Below are positions 7,634 to 17,171 of a DNA stretch of 64,000 nucleotides, piece after piece. Every line of letters begins with the position of its first letter. The first letter of the stretch is position 1. Under the pieces are notes generated by a model. It made no database searches and was not told where the DNA came from. It worked only from the letters and a program-made list of their open reading frames with translations. The stretch is from Thermodesulfobacteriota bacterium (lineage in GTDB: Bacteria; Desulfobacterota; Deferrimicrobia; Deferrimicrobiales; Deferrimicrobiaceae), in NCBI GenBank assembly GCA_040758155.1, contig JBFLWB010000144.1:5481-69480 (forward strand), written 5' to 3'. The position numbers and the translations under genes are program-made.

Positions 7634-8617
7634 TCACACGTGGTTGCGCAGCATCAGCTCGACGGGGTGGGGATGGAGGAAAACCTGCCGCTCCAGGTAG
7701 GGGACCCTGTACTTGCGGACGTAATGGTTGATCAGCGTGACGGGGACGATCAGCGGGATCATGCGGTTCCTGTACCGATCGACCACCTCGAGCAGCTCCT
7801 GCTTCTCTTCGTGCATCAGGAGCACCCGGAGATGCCCCATCATGTGGACGAGCACGTCGGCGCACCTGGCGGGGGTGGCGCGCTGCGCCAGCGCCTCCAT
7901 CAGGAGCCGCTGGTAGCGTTCGTAGAGCTCGTCCGGAGGGAGATCCTTCGAGCGGCCCACGAGTTGCCCCATCTCGGTGTACCGCGTCCTCCCGTGGGCG
8001 AGGATCAGCATCTTGTGGTCGGTGTGGAACCCCGCGAGGTTCCCCCGGGACTTTCCCCTGCGAAGCGACTCGCGGAACCGGCGCAGGGTGAACATGCGCT
8101 CGATGAACATCTCCCGGAGGATCGGGTCCTGGAGCCGGCCTTCCTCCTCCACCGGGATCAGCGGGAAATGCTCCATGAACGCCTTCGTGAACAGCCCCGC
8201 GCCCACCTTGGCCGGGACTCCGTCCGCGCCGAACACCTTGACGCGCTCCATCCCCGAGGTCGGCGAGTCCTTCTTGCAGATGTAGCCGCTCAGGTCGGAC
8301 TCCTCGAGGTTCCGCAGCTTCTTCCGGCCGTAGGACAGCATCAGGTCGGTGAAATCCGTACCCGTCCCCGCCCCGACAAGCCGGGGGGCGTCCGGGTTCC
8401 CCTTCAGGCGCATGGCCTCCCTCGGGACCGGGAAGCCGCACTCCACTTCAGGGCACACGGGGACGAATTCCACGAACCGGCCCAGCGTCTCCGTGAGGAA
8501 GGGATCCCTCTTGTGACTGCCGTCGTAACGGACCTTCTCGCCCAGCAGGCAGGAGCTGATCAGGATCCGGATCGGCCCGCCCGGGGGATCCCTGCGCGAA
8601 GTCTCTTCGGTTTCCAT
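7634..8617 (-). CDS. DUF523 (2-thiouracil desulfurase-like) plus DUF1722 protein, YbgA family
   Basis: The N-terminal ILISSCLLGEKVRYDGSHK motif typical of DUF523/YbgA is followed by a DUF1722-like helical C-terminal half. Confidence 0.8.
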   Translation of the reverse strand: METEETSRRDPPGGPIRILISSCLLGEKVRYDGSHKRDPFLTETLGRFVEFVPVCPEVECGFPVPREAMRLKGNPDAPRLVGAGTGTDFTDLMLSYGRKKLRNLEESDLSGYICKKDSPTSGMERVKVFGADGVPAKVGAGLFTKAFMEHFPLIPVEEEGRLQDPILREMFIERMFTLRRFRESLRRGKSRGNLAGFHTDHKMLILAHGRTRYTEMGQLVGRSKDLPPDELYERYQRLLMEALAQRATPARCADVLVHMMGHLRVLLMHEEKQELLEVVDRYRNRMIPLIVPVTLINHYVRKYRVPYLERQVFLHPHPVELMLRNHV

Positions 8618-8690
8618 TTAGTGCATTATAAACAACGATTCCCGCGTTGGTGTATTCTCTTATAATTTGGTTGACCGAGGAGGGCTTGGC

Positions 8691-9995
8691 ATGTCCGGAA
8701 CCGGACCGATCCTGATCGTCGACGACGAAGCGAGCATCCGGCAGTCGCTGGAAGGCGTCCTGGCCGACGAGGGATATTCCTGCATCCTGGCGGGGGACGG
8801 GGCCGAGGCGATAGCGCGGCTCCGGGATTCGCGGCCGGCGCTCGTGCTTCTCGATATCTGGATGCCGGGCATGGACGGCCTCGAGACGTTGCGCCGGATC
8901 AAGGAGGAGAGCCCCCGCACCCCCGTCGTCATGATGAGCGGGCACGCGACGATCTCGACCGCGATCCGCGCCACGAAGGACGGCGCCGCCGATTTCATCG
9001 AGAAGCCGCTGGAGATCGAGACGGTGCTGAACGCCATCCGCCGCGCGCTCGGGTCCGGCGAGGGCGCGGCGGAAGCGGGCGGGGGAGAGGCCTCCGTGCC
9101 GGCCGGCCTTCACGATGCAGCCGAGCTTCCCGAGCTGAAGACCGTGGTGTTCGCGAAGCAGGCGCTTCCCGGCGACCGGATGCCGCAGAGGACGCTCGCC
9201 CGCGGGGCGGTGATGTACGGGCAGGGGCTCCACTCGGGGAAGAAGAGCGGGCTGATCTTCGAGCCGCTCGGGCCCGGATCCGGGATCCATTTCGCCGGCG
9301 TCTCGGACAACCGGCCGATCCCGGCGCACATCGATTTCGTCGGGTCGACCGGATGGGCCACGACGATCCGCCTCGGGACCACCCAGGCGGCCACCATCGA
9401 GCACGTCATGTCCGCGCTGAACGCGTACGGGATCTCCAACCTGCTCGTCAAGTGCGACGGGGAGGTTCCGGTCCTGGACGGCTCCGCCGTCGAGATCTGC
9501 AACCTGATCGAGGAAGTCGGAATGGTGGAGCAGAAGGGGGACTGGCGGCGGATCGCGCTTTCGGAGCCGATCCAGGTCGATTCGGGGAAGGCGTCGATCC
9601 GGCTGGAGCCGTTCGACGGGTTCGAGATCGATTACACGCTCGAGTACCCCGCGCCCGTCGGGAAGCAGCGCTTCGTATTCCGCCTCGGCGACCCGTCGGA
9701 CTTCCGCAGGGAGATCGCCCCGGCCCGGACCTTCGGATTCGCCAGGGACATCGGCGCGCTGCAGAAGCAGGGACTTGCGCTGGGAGGCCGCTTCGACAAC
9801 TTCGTCCTGTTCGGGGACGAGGGGCCGATCAACGGAGCGCTCCGGTTTCCGGACGAGCCCGTCCGCCACAAGATCCTCGACGCGTTCGGCGACTTCTACC
9901 TCCTCGGGCGGCGCCTCCAGGCGAGGGTGATCGCCCGCATGACGGGGCATTCGCACAACATCGCCCTGCTGAAGAAGGTCCGCGAGCTGATGTGA
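8691..9995 (+). CDS. Response-regulator receiver domain fused to an LpxC-type deacetylase domain (REC-LpxC)
   Basis: The N-terminal REC (ILIVDDEASIR, VLLDIWMPGMDG, VVMMSGH, FIEKPL) is followed by a full LpxC fold that aligns with E. coli LpxC (RTLARGAVMYGQGLHSGKKSGLIFEP, TIEHVMSALNAYGISNLLVKCDGEVPVLDGSA, ARTFGFARDIGALQKQGLALGGRFDNFVLF, VRHKILDAFGDFYLLG, MTGHSHNIALLKKV). Zinc-ligand and catalytic positions are conserved. A GAGGAGGG ribosome-binding site lies 7 nt upstream of the ATG at 8691. Confidence 0.85.
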   Translation: MSGTGPILIVDDEASIRQSLEGVLADEGYSCILAGDGAEAIARLRDSRPALVLLDIWMPGMDGLETLRRIKEESPRTPVVMMSGHATISTAIRATKDGAADFIEKPLEIETVLNAIRRALGSGEGAAEAGGGEASVPAGLHDAAELPELKTVVFAKQALPGDRMPQRTLARGAVMYGQGLHSGKKSGLIFEPLGPGSGIHFAGVSDNRPIPAHIDFVGSTGWATTIRLGTTQAATIEHVMSALNAYGISNLLVKCDGEVPVLDGSAVEICNLIEEVGMVEQKGDWRRIALSEPIQVDSGKASIRLEPFDGFEIDYTLEYPAPVGKQRFVFRLGDPSDFRREIAPARTFGFARDIGALQKQGLALGGRFDNFVLFGDEGPINGALRFPDEPVRHKILDAFGDFYLLGRRLQARVIARMTGHSHNIALLKKVRELM

Positions 9996-10024
9996 CCATC
10001 AGAATACCTACCGGAGAGACAGCC

Positions 10025-11056
10025 ATGCGAACGAGAACGCCGATTCACCTCTTCCTCGCGGCCCTTGCGGCCGGAATCCTCTGCGCGCCCGTACCCGCCT
10101 CCGCCGCCGCGGACGCGCCGATCAAGCTCACCTACGCCAACTTCCCGCCCGCCCCCACCTTCCCCTGCGTGCAGATGGAGCACTGGGCGCGGGAGGTGGA
10201 GAAGCGGACCGCGGGGAAGGTGAAGGTCCAGACCTTCCCGGGCGGGACGCTTCTCCCCGCGAAGAACATCCTGGACGGCGTCATATCCGGCCTCGCCGAC
10301 ATCGGGAACTTCGCCATGAGCTACCAACCGGGCCGGTTTCCCTTGTCCGAGGCCATCGACCTCCCGCTGGGGTTCACGAGCTCCCGGGTCGCCAGCCTGA
10401 CGCTTTACGACCTCATGGAGAAATACAAGCCGAAGGAATTCGACCAGGTGAAGATCCTGGCGCTCTTCACCTGCCCCCCGACCAACTTCATGACCCGGAC
10501 CCCCGTGAAATCGCTCGCCGACCTCAAGGGGATGGAGCTCCGGGTGGCGGGGACCTCCGCGGAGATCGTCAAGCGGCTCGGCGGGATCCCGGTCGCCATG
10601 CCGCAGTCCGAGACCCCCGAGGCGATCCAGAAGGGGGTGGTGAAGGGGATCGTCTCCTCCATGGAGATCCTCCAGGACTTCAAGTTCGCGGCCTATACGC
10701 CCAACGCCACCGTCGCCAACCTGCCCGTGGTCTCCTTCGCGGTCGTGATGAACAAGCAGAAGTGGGACTCTCTGCCGGCCGACGTGAAAAAGGTCCTGGA
10801 CGACATGCGGCGGGAACACTCCCTTTGGACCGGGAACTACGTCGACGGCCACGTGGAGGAGGCGCTGGGCTGGTCGAAGAAGAGCTACGGGCTCCAGGTC
10901 CACACCCTTCCCGCGAGCGAGGCCGAGACCGTGAAGGGGCTGCTCCGGCCGCTGACCGAAGATTACATCAAGCGGGTTACCGCCCTCGGCCTGCCCGGCG
11001 ATCAGATCGTCGCCGACGCGCTGGCGCTGAAGAAGAAGCACGAGCTGCAGAAATAG
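10025..11056 (+). CDS. dctP: TRAP transporter substrate-binding subunit (DctP family)
   Basis: A signal peptide is followed by DctP-family solute-binding features (LTYANFPPAPTFPCVQMEHWAREVEKRTAGKVKVQTFPGGTL ... GMELRVAG). The gene is an internal-start portion of ORF 9353..11056. Confidence 0.85.
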   Translation: MRTRTPIHLFLAALAAGILCAPVPASAAADAPIKLTYANFPPAPTFPCVQMEHWAREVEKRTAGKVKVQTFPGGTLLPAKNILDGVISGLADIGNFAMSYQPGRFPLSEAIDLPLGFTSSRVASLTLYDLMEKYKPKEFDQVKILALFTCPPTNFMTRTPVKSLADLKGMELRVAGTSAEIVKRLGGIPVAMPQSETPEAIQKGVVKGIVSSMEILQDFKFAAYTPNATVANLPVVSFAVVMNKQKWDSLPADVKKVLDDMRREHSLWTGNYVDGHVEEALGWSKKSYGLQVHTLPASEAETVKGLLRPLTEDYIKRVTALGLPGDQIVADALALKKKHELQK

Positions 11057-11066
11057 CGGATCCGCA

Positions 11067-11552
11067 ATGGGACTGGAAAGGCTGACGGAGCTGCTCCGGC
11101 GGGGGCTGATGTACCTCGCCGGAGCAGCGCTGCTGGGGGTCACGCTGCTGGCGACGGCCAACGTCGTCCTGCGGATCTTCCGGGTCCCCGTGGGCGGCGC
11201 CTACGAGGTCGTCTCCTTCCTCGGGGCGCTCGTCACGGCCGGCGCGCTCGGCTACACCCAGAAGCGCAGGCACCACATCGTGGTGGACATCCTCTCGGAC
11301 CGGTATCCTCCCGCGCTCAAGCGCGTCGTCGACCGGGTAAGCCAAGCCGCCATGCTCCTCCTGTTCGCCGTCGTCTCCTGGCAGACGGCGGCCTACGGGG
11401 TGCGGCTGATCCGGGTGGGGGAGCTCTCGGAGACGCTGAAGTTCCCGTTCCACCCCTTCGTGTTCCTCGTCGCCCTGGGTTTCGCCGTCCTCGCGCTGAC
11501 GATCTTCCTCGATCTCGTGGAGTCCTTCTGGGCAGAGGAGGAGAAGCGTTGA
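11067..11552 (+). CDS. dctQ: TRAP transporter small permease (DctQ family)
   Basis: A 161-aa protein with four predicted TM segments, sized and placed between DctP and DctM. Confidence 0.8.
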   Translation: MGLERLTELLRRGLMYLAGAALLGVTLLATANVVLRIFRVPVGGAYEVVSFLGALVTAGALGYTQKRRHHIVVDILSDRYPPALKRVVDRVSQAAMLLLFAVVSWQTAAYGVRLIRVGELSETLKFPFHPFVFLVALGFAVLALTIFLDLVESFWAEEEKR

Positions 11553-12853
11553 GCGGTCCCGCCATCGGCCTGCTGGGGATCGGGGCGATGTTCCTCATCC
11601 TGTTCCTCCTGCGCATCCCCGCGGCATTCACCATGATGCTCGTGGGCTCCGCGGGGATCGCCCTGATGACCTCGTTCGACGCGGCGTGCGCGATCGTAGG
11701 GACGGAGATGTGGAACATCTTCTCGAACTACGGGCTGACGGTGATCCCGCTGTTCATCCTGGTGGGGGAGATCGTCCACTACGCCGGCTACAACTTCAGC
11801 GTCTACGACGCGACGTACAAATGGTTCGGGCACTTCCGGGGCGGGCTCGCCATGACCACGATCATGGCATCGGCGGCCTTCTCGGCCATCTCGGGGTCCA
11901 ACACGGCGACGGCGGCCACGATGAGCGCGGTCGCGATCCCCGCGATGAAGGAGTACAAGTACCACCCGCTGCTCAACGCCGGCGCGGTCTCCGCGGGCGC
12001 GACGCTCGGCGTCCTGATCCCGCCCTCGCTCGTCCTCGTCGTGTACGGGCTCTACACGGGGCAGTCCATCGGGAAGCTGTTCTTCGGCAACATCATCCCC
12101 AGCGTCATCTTGACGCTGGCCATCCTCGGCACGGTGGTTTGGATCTGCCGCATCCATCCCGACTGGGGCGCGGCGGGGCCGCGGTTCGGATGGAAGGAGC
12201 GGCTGAAGGCGCTGCCGGAGGCGGCCGACATCCTCGTCCTCTTCGGGATCATCATGTACGCGATGTTCACCGGGGTCGTCACCGCGACGGAGGCGGCCGC
12301 CGTGAGCTGCTTCCTCGGATATGCGATATGCCTTGCGAGACGCAAACTTACATGGAAGAAGTTCATCGATTCCATGAAGGACACCCTGCGGATCTCCTGC
12401 ATGGTCTTCATGATCGTGGCGGGCGCGGTGGTCTTCGCGCGCTTCCTGACGCTGACCCGCCTGCCGTTCGAGATCGCGGAGTGGATCGGAACGCTCGCCC
12501 TCCCCCGGTGGATGGTCCTGTGGGTGATCCTCGGATGCTACATCCTGGGCGGCTGCGTCATGGACGCCCTTGCGTTCCTCCTCGTGTCGCTGCCGATCTT
12601 CTACCCGCTGGTCGTCCAGCTCGGCTACGACCCGATCTGGTTCGGGCAGGCGGTGACGATCGTCACCACGATGGGCGCCATCATGCCTCCCATCGGGATC
12701 TGCTGCTACGTCGTCTCCGGGATGTCCGGCATACCGTTATCGACCGTCTTCCGCGGCTCCTTCTACTATTTCCCCGCCTACATCGTCTCCATCGTCATCC
12801 TCATGATCTCCCCGTACTGGACGGTGCTCGTGCTGTCCGACATGGTGCGGTGA
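11549..12853 (+). CDS. dctM: TRAP transporter large permease (DctM family)
   Basis: A 434-aa polytopic membrane protein of DctM type (LFILVGEIVHYAGY, GSNTATAATMSAVAIPAMKE). Its start overlaps the dctQ stop. Confidence 0.85.
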   Translation: MSGPAIGLLGIGAMFLILFLLRIPAAFTMMLVGSAGIALMTSFDAACAIVGTEMWNIFSNYGLTVIPLFILVGEIVHYAGYNFSVYDATYKWFGHFRGGLAMTTIMASAAFSAISGSNTATAATMSAVAIPAMKEYKYHPLLNAGAVSAGATLGVLIPPSLVLVVYGLYTGQSIGKLFFGNIIPSVILTLAILGTVVWICRIHPDWGAAGPRFGWKERLKALPEAADILVLFGIIMYAMFTGVVTATEAAAVSCFLGYAICLARRKLTWKKFIDSMKDTLRISCMVFMIVAGAVVFARFLTLTRLPFEIAEWIGTLALPRWMVLWVILGCYILGGCVMDALAFLLVSLPIFYPLVVQLGYDPIWFGQAVTIVTTMGAIMPPIGICCYVVSGMSGIPLSTVFRGSFYYFPAYIVSIVILMISPYWTVLVLSDMVR

Positions 12854-12870
12854 CGGGAGTACGCGGCTCC

Positions 12871-14703
12871 ATGAACCGTCCGATGCTCATGCTGGGAAAC
12901 GAAGCGATCGCGCTCGCGCTGATCGAGAACGGCTGCCGGGTCGCCGCGTCGTACCCGGGGACGCCCGCATCCGAGATCCTCTCCGCCGTGGCGAAGCTGC
13001 GCAACGATCGCGGGATCCCGATGCACGCGGAATGGTCGGTGAACGAGAAGGTCGCCTTCGAGATCGCCTACACCGCGAGCGTCGCGGGGCTGCGCGCGGC
13101 GGCGGGCATGAAGCAGGTGGGGCTGAACGTGGCGTCCGACCCGCTGATGAGCGCCGTCTACTCGGGCGTGAAGGGCGGCTTCCTCGTCATCTCCGCGGAC
13201 GACCCCGGTCCGCACTCCTCACAGACCGAGCAGGACAGCCGGCTCATGGCGATGGTCGCCAAGCTCCCCGTGCTCGACCCCGATTCCCCCGCCCATGCCC
13301 GGGATCTGGTGGCGCTCGGGTATGAGCTGTCGGAAAAGTTCGAGATCCCCGTGATGCTCCGCCCCACGACGCGTGTGTGCCACGCGTGCCAGGACATCCT
13401 GCCCGGCGATTCCGTTCCTCCGGCGGGAGAGGCCGATTTCCGGAAATCTCCCTCCCGCTGGGCGGCCACGCCGGTCTTCCGCAACCTGCTTCACAAAGAG
13501 CTGACCACGAAGCTGGCAGAGATCGCCGGGTGGGCGCCGACCGCTCCGATCCGATGGAATCCGGACGCGTCGGGGACGCGAGCCGTTGTCGCCTCCGGCG
13601 TCGCCGCGGCCCACGCTCGGGAGGTCCTGGAAGGGCTCGGGCTGTGGGGGAGCGTGCCCTTTTACCAGGTGCTCCAGCCGTTTCCTCTGCATGCCGACTT
13701 CGTGTCCCACGTCCTTGGAAGCTACGGGGAGATCCTCGTGCTCGAGGAGACGGCAGCGGTCATCGAGATGCAGCTTCTCGACCGGGGGCGCGTCAGGGGG
13801 AAGGCGACCGGCGCTGTGCCCGAGGCGGGGGAGCTGCTGCCGGAGGAGATCGAGCGCATCGTCTCGGAGTTCGCCGGGATCGGGGCGGGAAAACCCGCGG
13901 AGAGGGGTGCGCCTCCGCCGGGCCGCCGTCCCACCCTGTGCGCGGGATGCCCGCACCGCGCGAGCTTCTACGCGATCCGGCGCGCCGCCCCCAACGGGAT
14001 CTACCCGAGCGACATCGGCTGCTACACGCTGGGGCTGAACCTGGGGGCGGTCGACACGGTCCTGTGCATGGGTGCGGCGGTCGGCCAGGCAGCGGGCTTT
14101 TACCAGGCATACCGGCTCGGCGGGAAGACGGTCGACATCGTCGCGACGATCGGCGACTCCACCTTCTTCCACGCGGGGATCCCCGGGCTGATCGACGCGG
14201 CGGTACAGAAGGCGAAGTTCGTCCTCGTGATCCTCGACAACGCGATGGCGGCCATGACGGGAGCGCAGCCCACGCCGGCTACCGGGTGCGGGGCGATGGG
14301 CGAGCCGACCGGTATCGTCGACATGGAGGCGCTCGTCCGCGCCTGCGGCGCCGGCTTCTGCAAGGTGGGAACGCCGTCCCGGTTCGACGAGTTCGTCGCC
14401 CTCCTCAAGGAGGCGCTCGCGTACAGCCGCGAGAACGGCCCGGCCGTGGTGATCGCCCGGGAGCCGTGCGTGATGTCGCTTGGGGGGAAGGCGCGAGCGG
14501 ATGCCCCGAAGGCGGTCGTCACCGACGCGTGCGCCGGCTGCCGGCACTGCGTAGACCGGTACGAGTGCCCGGCGATCGTCTTCGACGAGGATGGGAAGCG
14601 CGCCTGCATCGACGGGTTCCACTGCGCGGGCTGCGGCGTCTGCCTGCACGTCTGCCCCCTGGGCGCGATCCGCGCCGGCGGCGGGGAAGGGGGGGCGCCG
14701 TGA
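12871..14703 (+). CDS. iorA: Indolepyruvate:ferredoxin oxidoreductase alpha subunit (IorA)
   Basis: N-terminus MLMLGNEAIALALIENGCRVAASYPGTPASEIL, a TPP-binding region (GCYTLG, IGDSTFFHAG) and a C-terminal 2x[4Fe-4S] ferredoxin domain (CAGCRHCVDRYECP ... CAGCGVCLHVCP). Confidence 0.9.
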   Translation: MNRPMLMLGNEAIALALIENGCRVAASYPGTPASEILSAVAKLRNDRGIPMHAEWSVNEKVAFEIAYTASVAGLRAAAGMKQVGLNVASDPLMSAVYSGVKGGFLVISADDPGPHSSQTEQDSRLMAMVAKLPVLDPDSPAHARDLVALGYELSEKFEIPVMLRPTTRVCHACQDILPGDSVPPAGEADFRKSPSRWAATPVFRNLLHKELTTKLAEIAGWAPTAPIRWNPDASGTRAVVASGVAAAHAREVLEGLGLWGSVPFYQVLQPFPLHADFVSHVLGSYGEILVLEETAAVIEMQLLDRGRVRGKATGAVPEAGELLPEEIERIVSEFAGIGAGKPAERGAPPPGRRPTLCAGCPHRASFYAIRRAAPNGIYPSDIGCYTLGLNLGAVDTVLCMGAAVGQAAGFYQAYRLGGKTVDIVATIGDSTFFHAGIPGLIDAAVQKAKFVLVILDNAMAAMTGAQPTPATGCGAMGEPTGIVDMEALVRACGAGFCKVGTPSRFDEFVALLKEALAYSRENGPAVVIAREPCVMSLGGKARADAPKAVVTDACAGCRHCVDRYECPAIVFDEDGKRACIDGFHCAGCGVCLHVCPLGAIRAGGGEGGAP

Positions 14704-15284
14704 ACGGGCGCGCGGTGCGGGGCGGGGATGTCCGTCAGCAGATCCTCGTCAGCGGCGTGGGGGGGCAGGGGGTGCTCTTCGTTTCCCGGCTCCTGGCCGA
14801 GGCGGCCATCTGCCGCGGGATGAGCGTCCTGACGTCCGAGATCCACGGCATGGCGCAGCGGGGCGGGACGGTGGTGTCCCACGTGAAGGTGGGCGGCTTC
14901 CCGGGTCCCCTGATCCGCGAGGGGAAGGCCGACGGCATCGTCGTGCTCCGGGAGGAGAACCTTCCCGCCCACCGGCGCTTCCTGTCTCCTTCCGGGTGGG
15001 CCGCGGTGAATTCCACGGCCCCGGGGGCGGCTCCCCCCGATCCCCGCGTCCTTTTCGTCGACGCCGGGGGGATCGCGGTGAAGGCGGGGATGCCGAAAGG
15101 GATCAACCTGGTCCTGATCGGGTATCTTCTCGCGCGGCTCGATTCCGCGGGAGAGGGGGGGCGGATCTTCTGCGAACCGGAAGACATCCGGGAGGCGCTG
15201 GGCGCCCGCTTCGCGCGGAATCCCCGCGTCCTAGAGGAGTCCCTGGCGGCGTTCGCGCTGGGAATACGTCACGGTAGGGAATGA
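14700..15284 (+). CDS. iorB: Indolepyruvate:ferredoxin oxidoreductase beta subunit (IorB)
   Basis: A GTG start overlaps the iorA stop. Contains ILVSGVGGQGVLFVSRLLAEAA, the typical IorB/gamma-like CoA-binding Rossmann motif. Confidence 0.8.
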   Translation: MNGRAVRGGDVRQQILVSGVGGQGVLFVSRLLAEAAICRGMSVLTSEIHGMAQRGGTVVSHVKVGGFPGPLIREGKADGIVVLREENLPAHRRFLSPSGWAAVNSTAPGAAPPDPRVLFVDAGGIAVKAGMPKGINLVLIGYLLARLDSAGEGGRIFCEPEDIREALGARFARNPRVLEESLAAFALGIRHGRE

Positions 15285-16588
15285 GGTATCAAGCCATGCT
15301 CAAAAGATTCCCCCCGAAATACTCATCCGTCGACGCGCTTCCCGGCTACCAGCTCCGGGGGCTCCAATGGACGGTGTCGCACGCCTTCCGGCACTCCCCC
15401 TTCTACCGCCAGCGCCTCGAAGCGGCGGGGGTGACGCCCGGAGACATCCGCTCGCTCGACGACATCCGGCGGCTCCCCTTCACGACGGCGGACGACCTGA
15501 GGGAGGGGTACCCGCTGCCGCTTTTGTCGGTCGATCCGAAGGAGATCGTGCGGATCCATTCCTCCTCGGGGACCACGGGGAAGCGGAAGGTCCTTTGCTA
15601 CACGCAGAAAGACGTCTCCGACTGGGGCTGCATGTTCGCCCGCTGCTTCGAGATGGCGGGGCTCACGCAGGAGGACCGTGTTCAGATCTGCGTGGGGTAC
15701 GGGCTCTGGACGGCCGGGGCGGGCTTCCAGGCGGGAGTGGAGAAGTTCGGCGCGATGGCCATCCCCGTGGGGCCGGGGAACCTCGACCTGCAGTGCACCT
15801 TCCTGCTCGATCTGCGGTCGACCGTCCTCTGCTGCACCGCCTCCATGGGGCTGCTGCTGGCGGAGGAGGTGCACCGGCGGGGGATCCGCGGCCTGCTCAA
15901 ACTGAAGAAGGTCATCCTCGGGGCGGAGCGGACCAGCGACGCGATGATCGCGACGATCAAGGCGCTGCTGGGCGTCCGGGAGGTGTACGACATCCCGGGG
16001 CTCACGGAGCTGTACGGCCCCGGGACGGGACTGTCGTGCCGCCACGAGTCGGGGATCCACTACTGGGCCGACTACTACATCCTCGAGCTGCTCGACCCGG
16101 AAACGCTGGAGCCGGTCAAGCCCGGCGAGATCGGGGAGATGGTGTTCACCACGCTCGGCAAGGAAGGGTCGCCCCTCATCCGGTACCGGTCGCGCGACCT
16201 GACGCGGACGGTCGAGGGCGTCTGCCAGTGCGGCTGCATCCTGCCGCGGCACGACAAGATCCTCGGCCGCTCCGACGACATGATCGTCTTCCGGGGAGTC
16301 AACGTGTATCCCGGGCAGCTCGACGAGGTGCTCTCAAGGATCGACGGGGCCGGAAGCGAGTTCCAGGCGCACATCGAGCGGCGGGAGGACGGGAAGGACT
16401 ACATGACCATCAAGGTGGAGCGGGGGGCCCACATGGGCGAGGGCGCCGACGGCCCCATCGCCTCCGCGATCGCCGGGGAGATCAAGCACAACCTGATGGT
16501 ATCGTGCAACGTGCAGGTCGTCCCGTACGGGTCGCTCCCGAGGTCCGAGAAGAAGACCCGGAGGGTGTTCGACAGCCGCGTGTTCTGA
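15281..16588 (+). CDS. paaK: Phenylacetate-CoA ligase (PaaK) / coenzyme F390 synthetase family
   Basis: Shows the SSGTTGKRKV AMP-binding motif, PaaK-like length (about 435 aa) and a C-terminal domain (GVNVYPGQLDEVL). The ATG overlaps the iorB stop; an alternative start is at 15296. Confidence 0.85.
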   Translation: MRYQAMLKRFPPKYSSVDALPGYQLRGLQWTVSHAFRHSPFYRQRLEAAGVTPGDIRSLDDIRRLPFTTADDLREGYPLPLLSVDPKEIVRIHSSSGTTGKRKVLCYTQKDVSDWGCMFARCFEMAGLTQEDRVQICVGYGLWTAGAGFQAGVEKFGAMAIPVGPGNLDLQCTFLLDLRSTVLCCTASMGLLLAEEVHRRGIRGLLKLKKVILGAERTSDAMIATIKALLGVREVYDIPGLTELYGPGTGLSCRHESGIHYWADYYILELLDPETLEPVKPGEIGEMVFTTLGKEGSPLIRYRSRDLTRTVEGVCQCGCILPRHDKILGRSDDMIVFRGVNVYPGQLDEVLSRIDGAGSEFQAHIERREDGKDYMTIKVERGAHMGEGADGPIASAIAGEIKHNLMVSCNVQVVPYGSLPRSEKKTRRVFDSRVF

Positions 16589-16616
16589 GGGGGCATCCGC
16601 GCTCCGGAGGCGGACT

Positions 16617-17171
16617 TTACGGTTTCGAGACGAACGGATTCCCTCTGATGTAGAACCGCAGGAGCCGGCCGGCCCAACGGCGGCCGGCGTAGTCGACGCC
16701 GACCCGGGGCCTCTTCACGATCGCGGCGGGGGAGGCGCCGGGCTCCTCCGCGATGAAAAAACCGTCGCCCGTCAGGTCGTGCGCGTTCAGGCGCCGGTCG
16801 ATCCCCATCGCCTTGCACAACCGGCCCGGCCCGTTCGTGGCGGCGTCGACGTTCGCCACCGGTTCGAGGGCGCGCAGCAATACGGCCGAGGCGTGCCCTT
16901 CGCCCTCCGTGACCACGTTCATGCAATGGTACATGCCGTACACAAGGTAGATGTACGCGTGTCCCGGCGGCCCGAACATGACCCGGGTCCGCCCCGTCAT
17001 CCCCTTCGACGAATGGCAGGCGAGGTCGTGCGGCCCGACGTACGCCTCGACCTCCACGATCCGCGCGACCCGGTCCTTTCCGTCAACGTTGTGGACGAGC
17101 AGCTTCCCGAGCAGCTCCTGGGCGACTTCCACGGTGTTCCTGTCGTAGAAGGAGCGGGGGAGCTTCTTCAC
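16617..17171 (-). CDS. DNA-3-methyladenine glycosylase (Mpg/AAG family)
   Basis: A 184-aa protein with a GTG start overlapping the upstream activase stop by 4 bp. Carries the family pattern AQELLGKLLVH...ARIVEVEAYVGPHDLACHS...GHAYIYLVYGMYHCMNVV. Confidence 0.8.
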   Translation of the reverse strand: MKKLPRSFYDRNTVEVAQELLGKLLVHNVDGKDRVARIVEVEAYVGPHDLACHSSKGMTGRTRVMFGPPGHAYIYLVYGMYHCMNVVTEGEGHASAVLLRALEPVANVDAATNGPGRLCKAMGIDRRLNAHDLTGDGFFIAEEPGASPAAIVKRPRVGVDYAGRRWAGRLLRFYIRGNPFVSKP

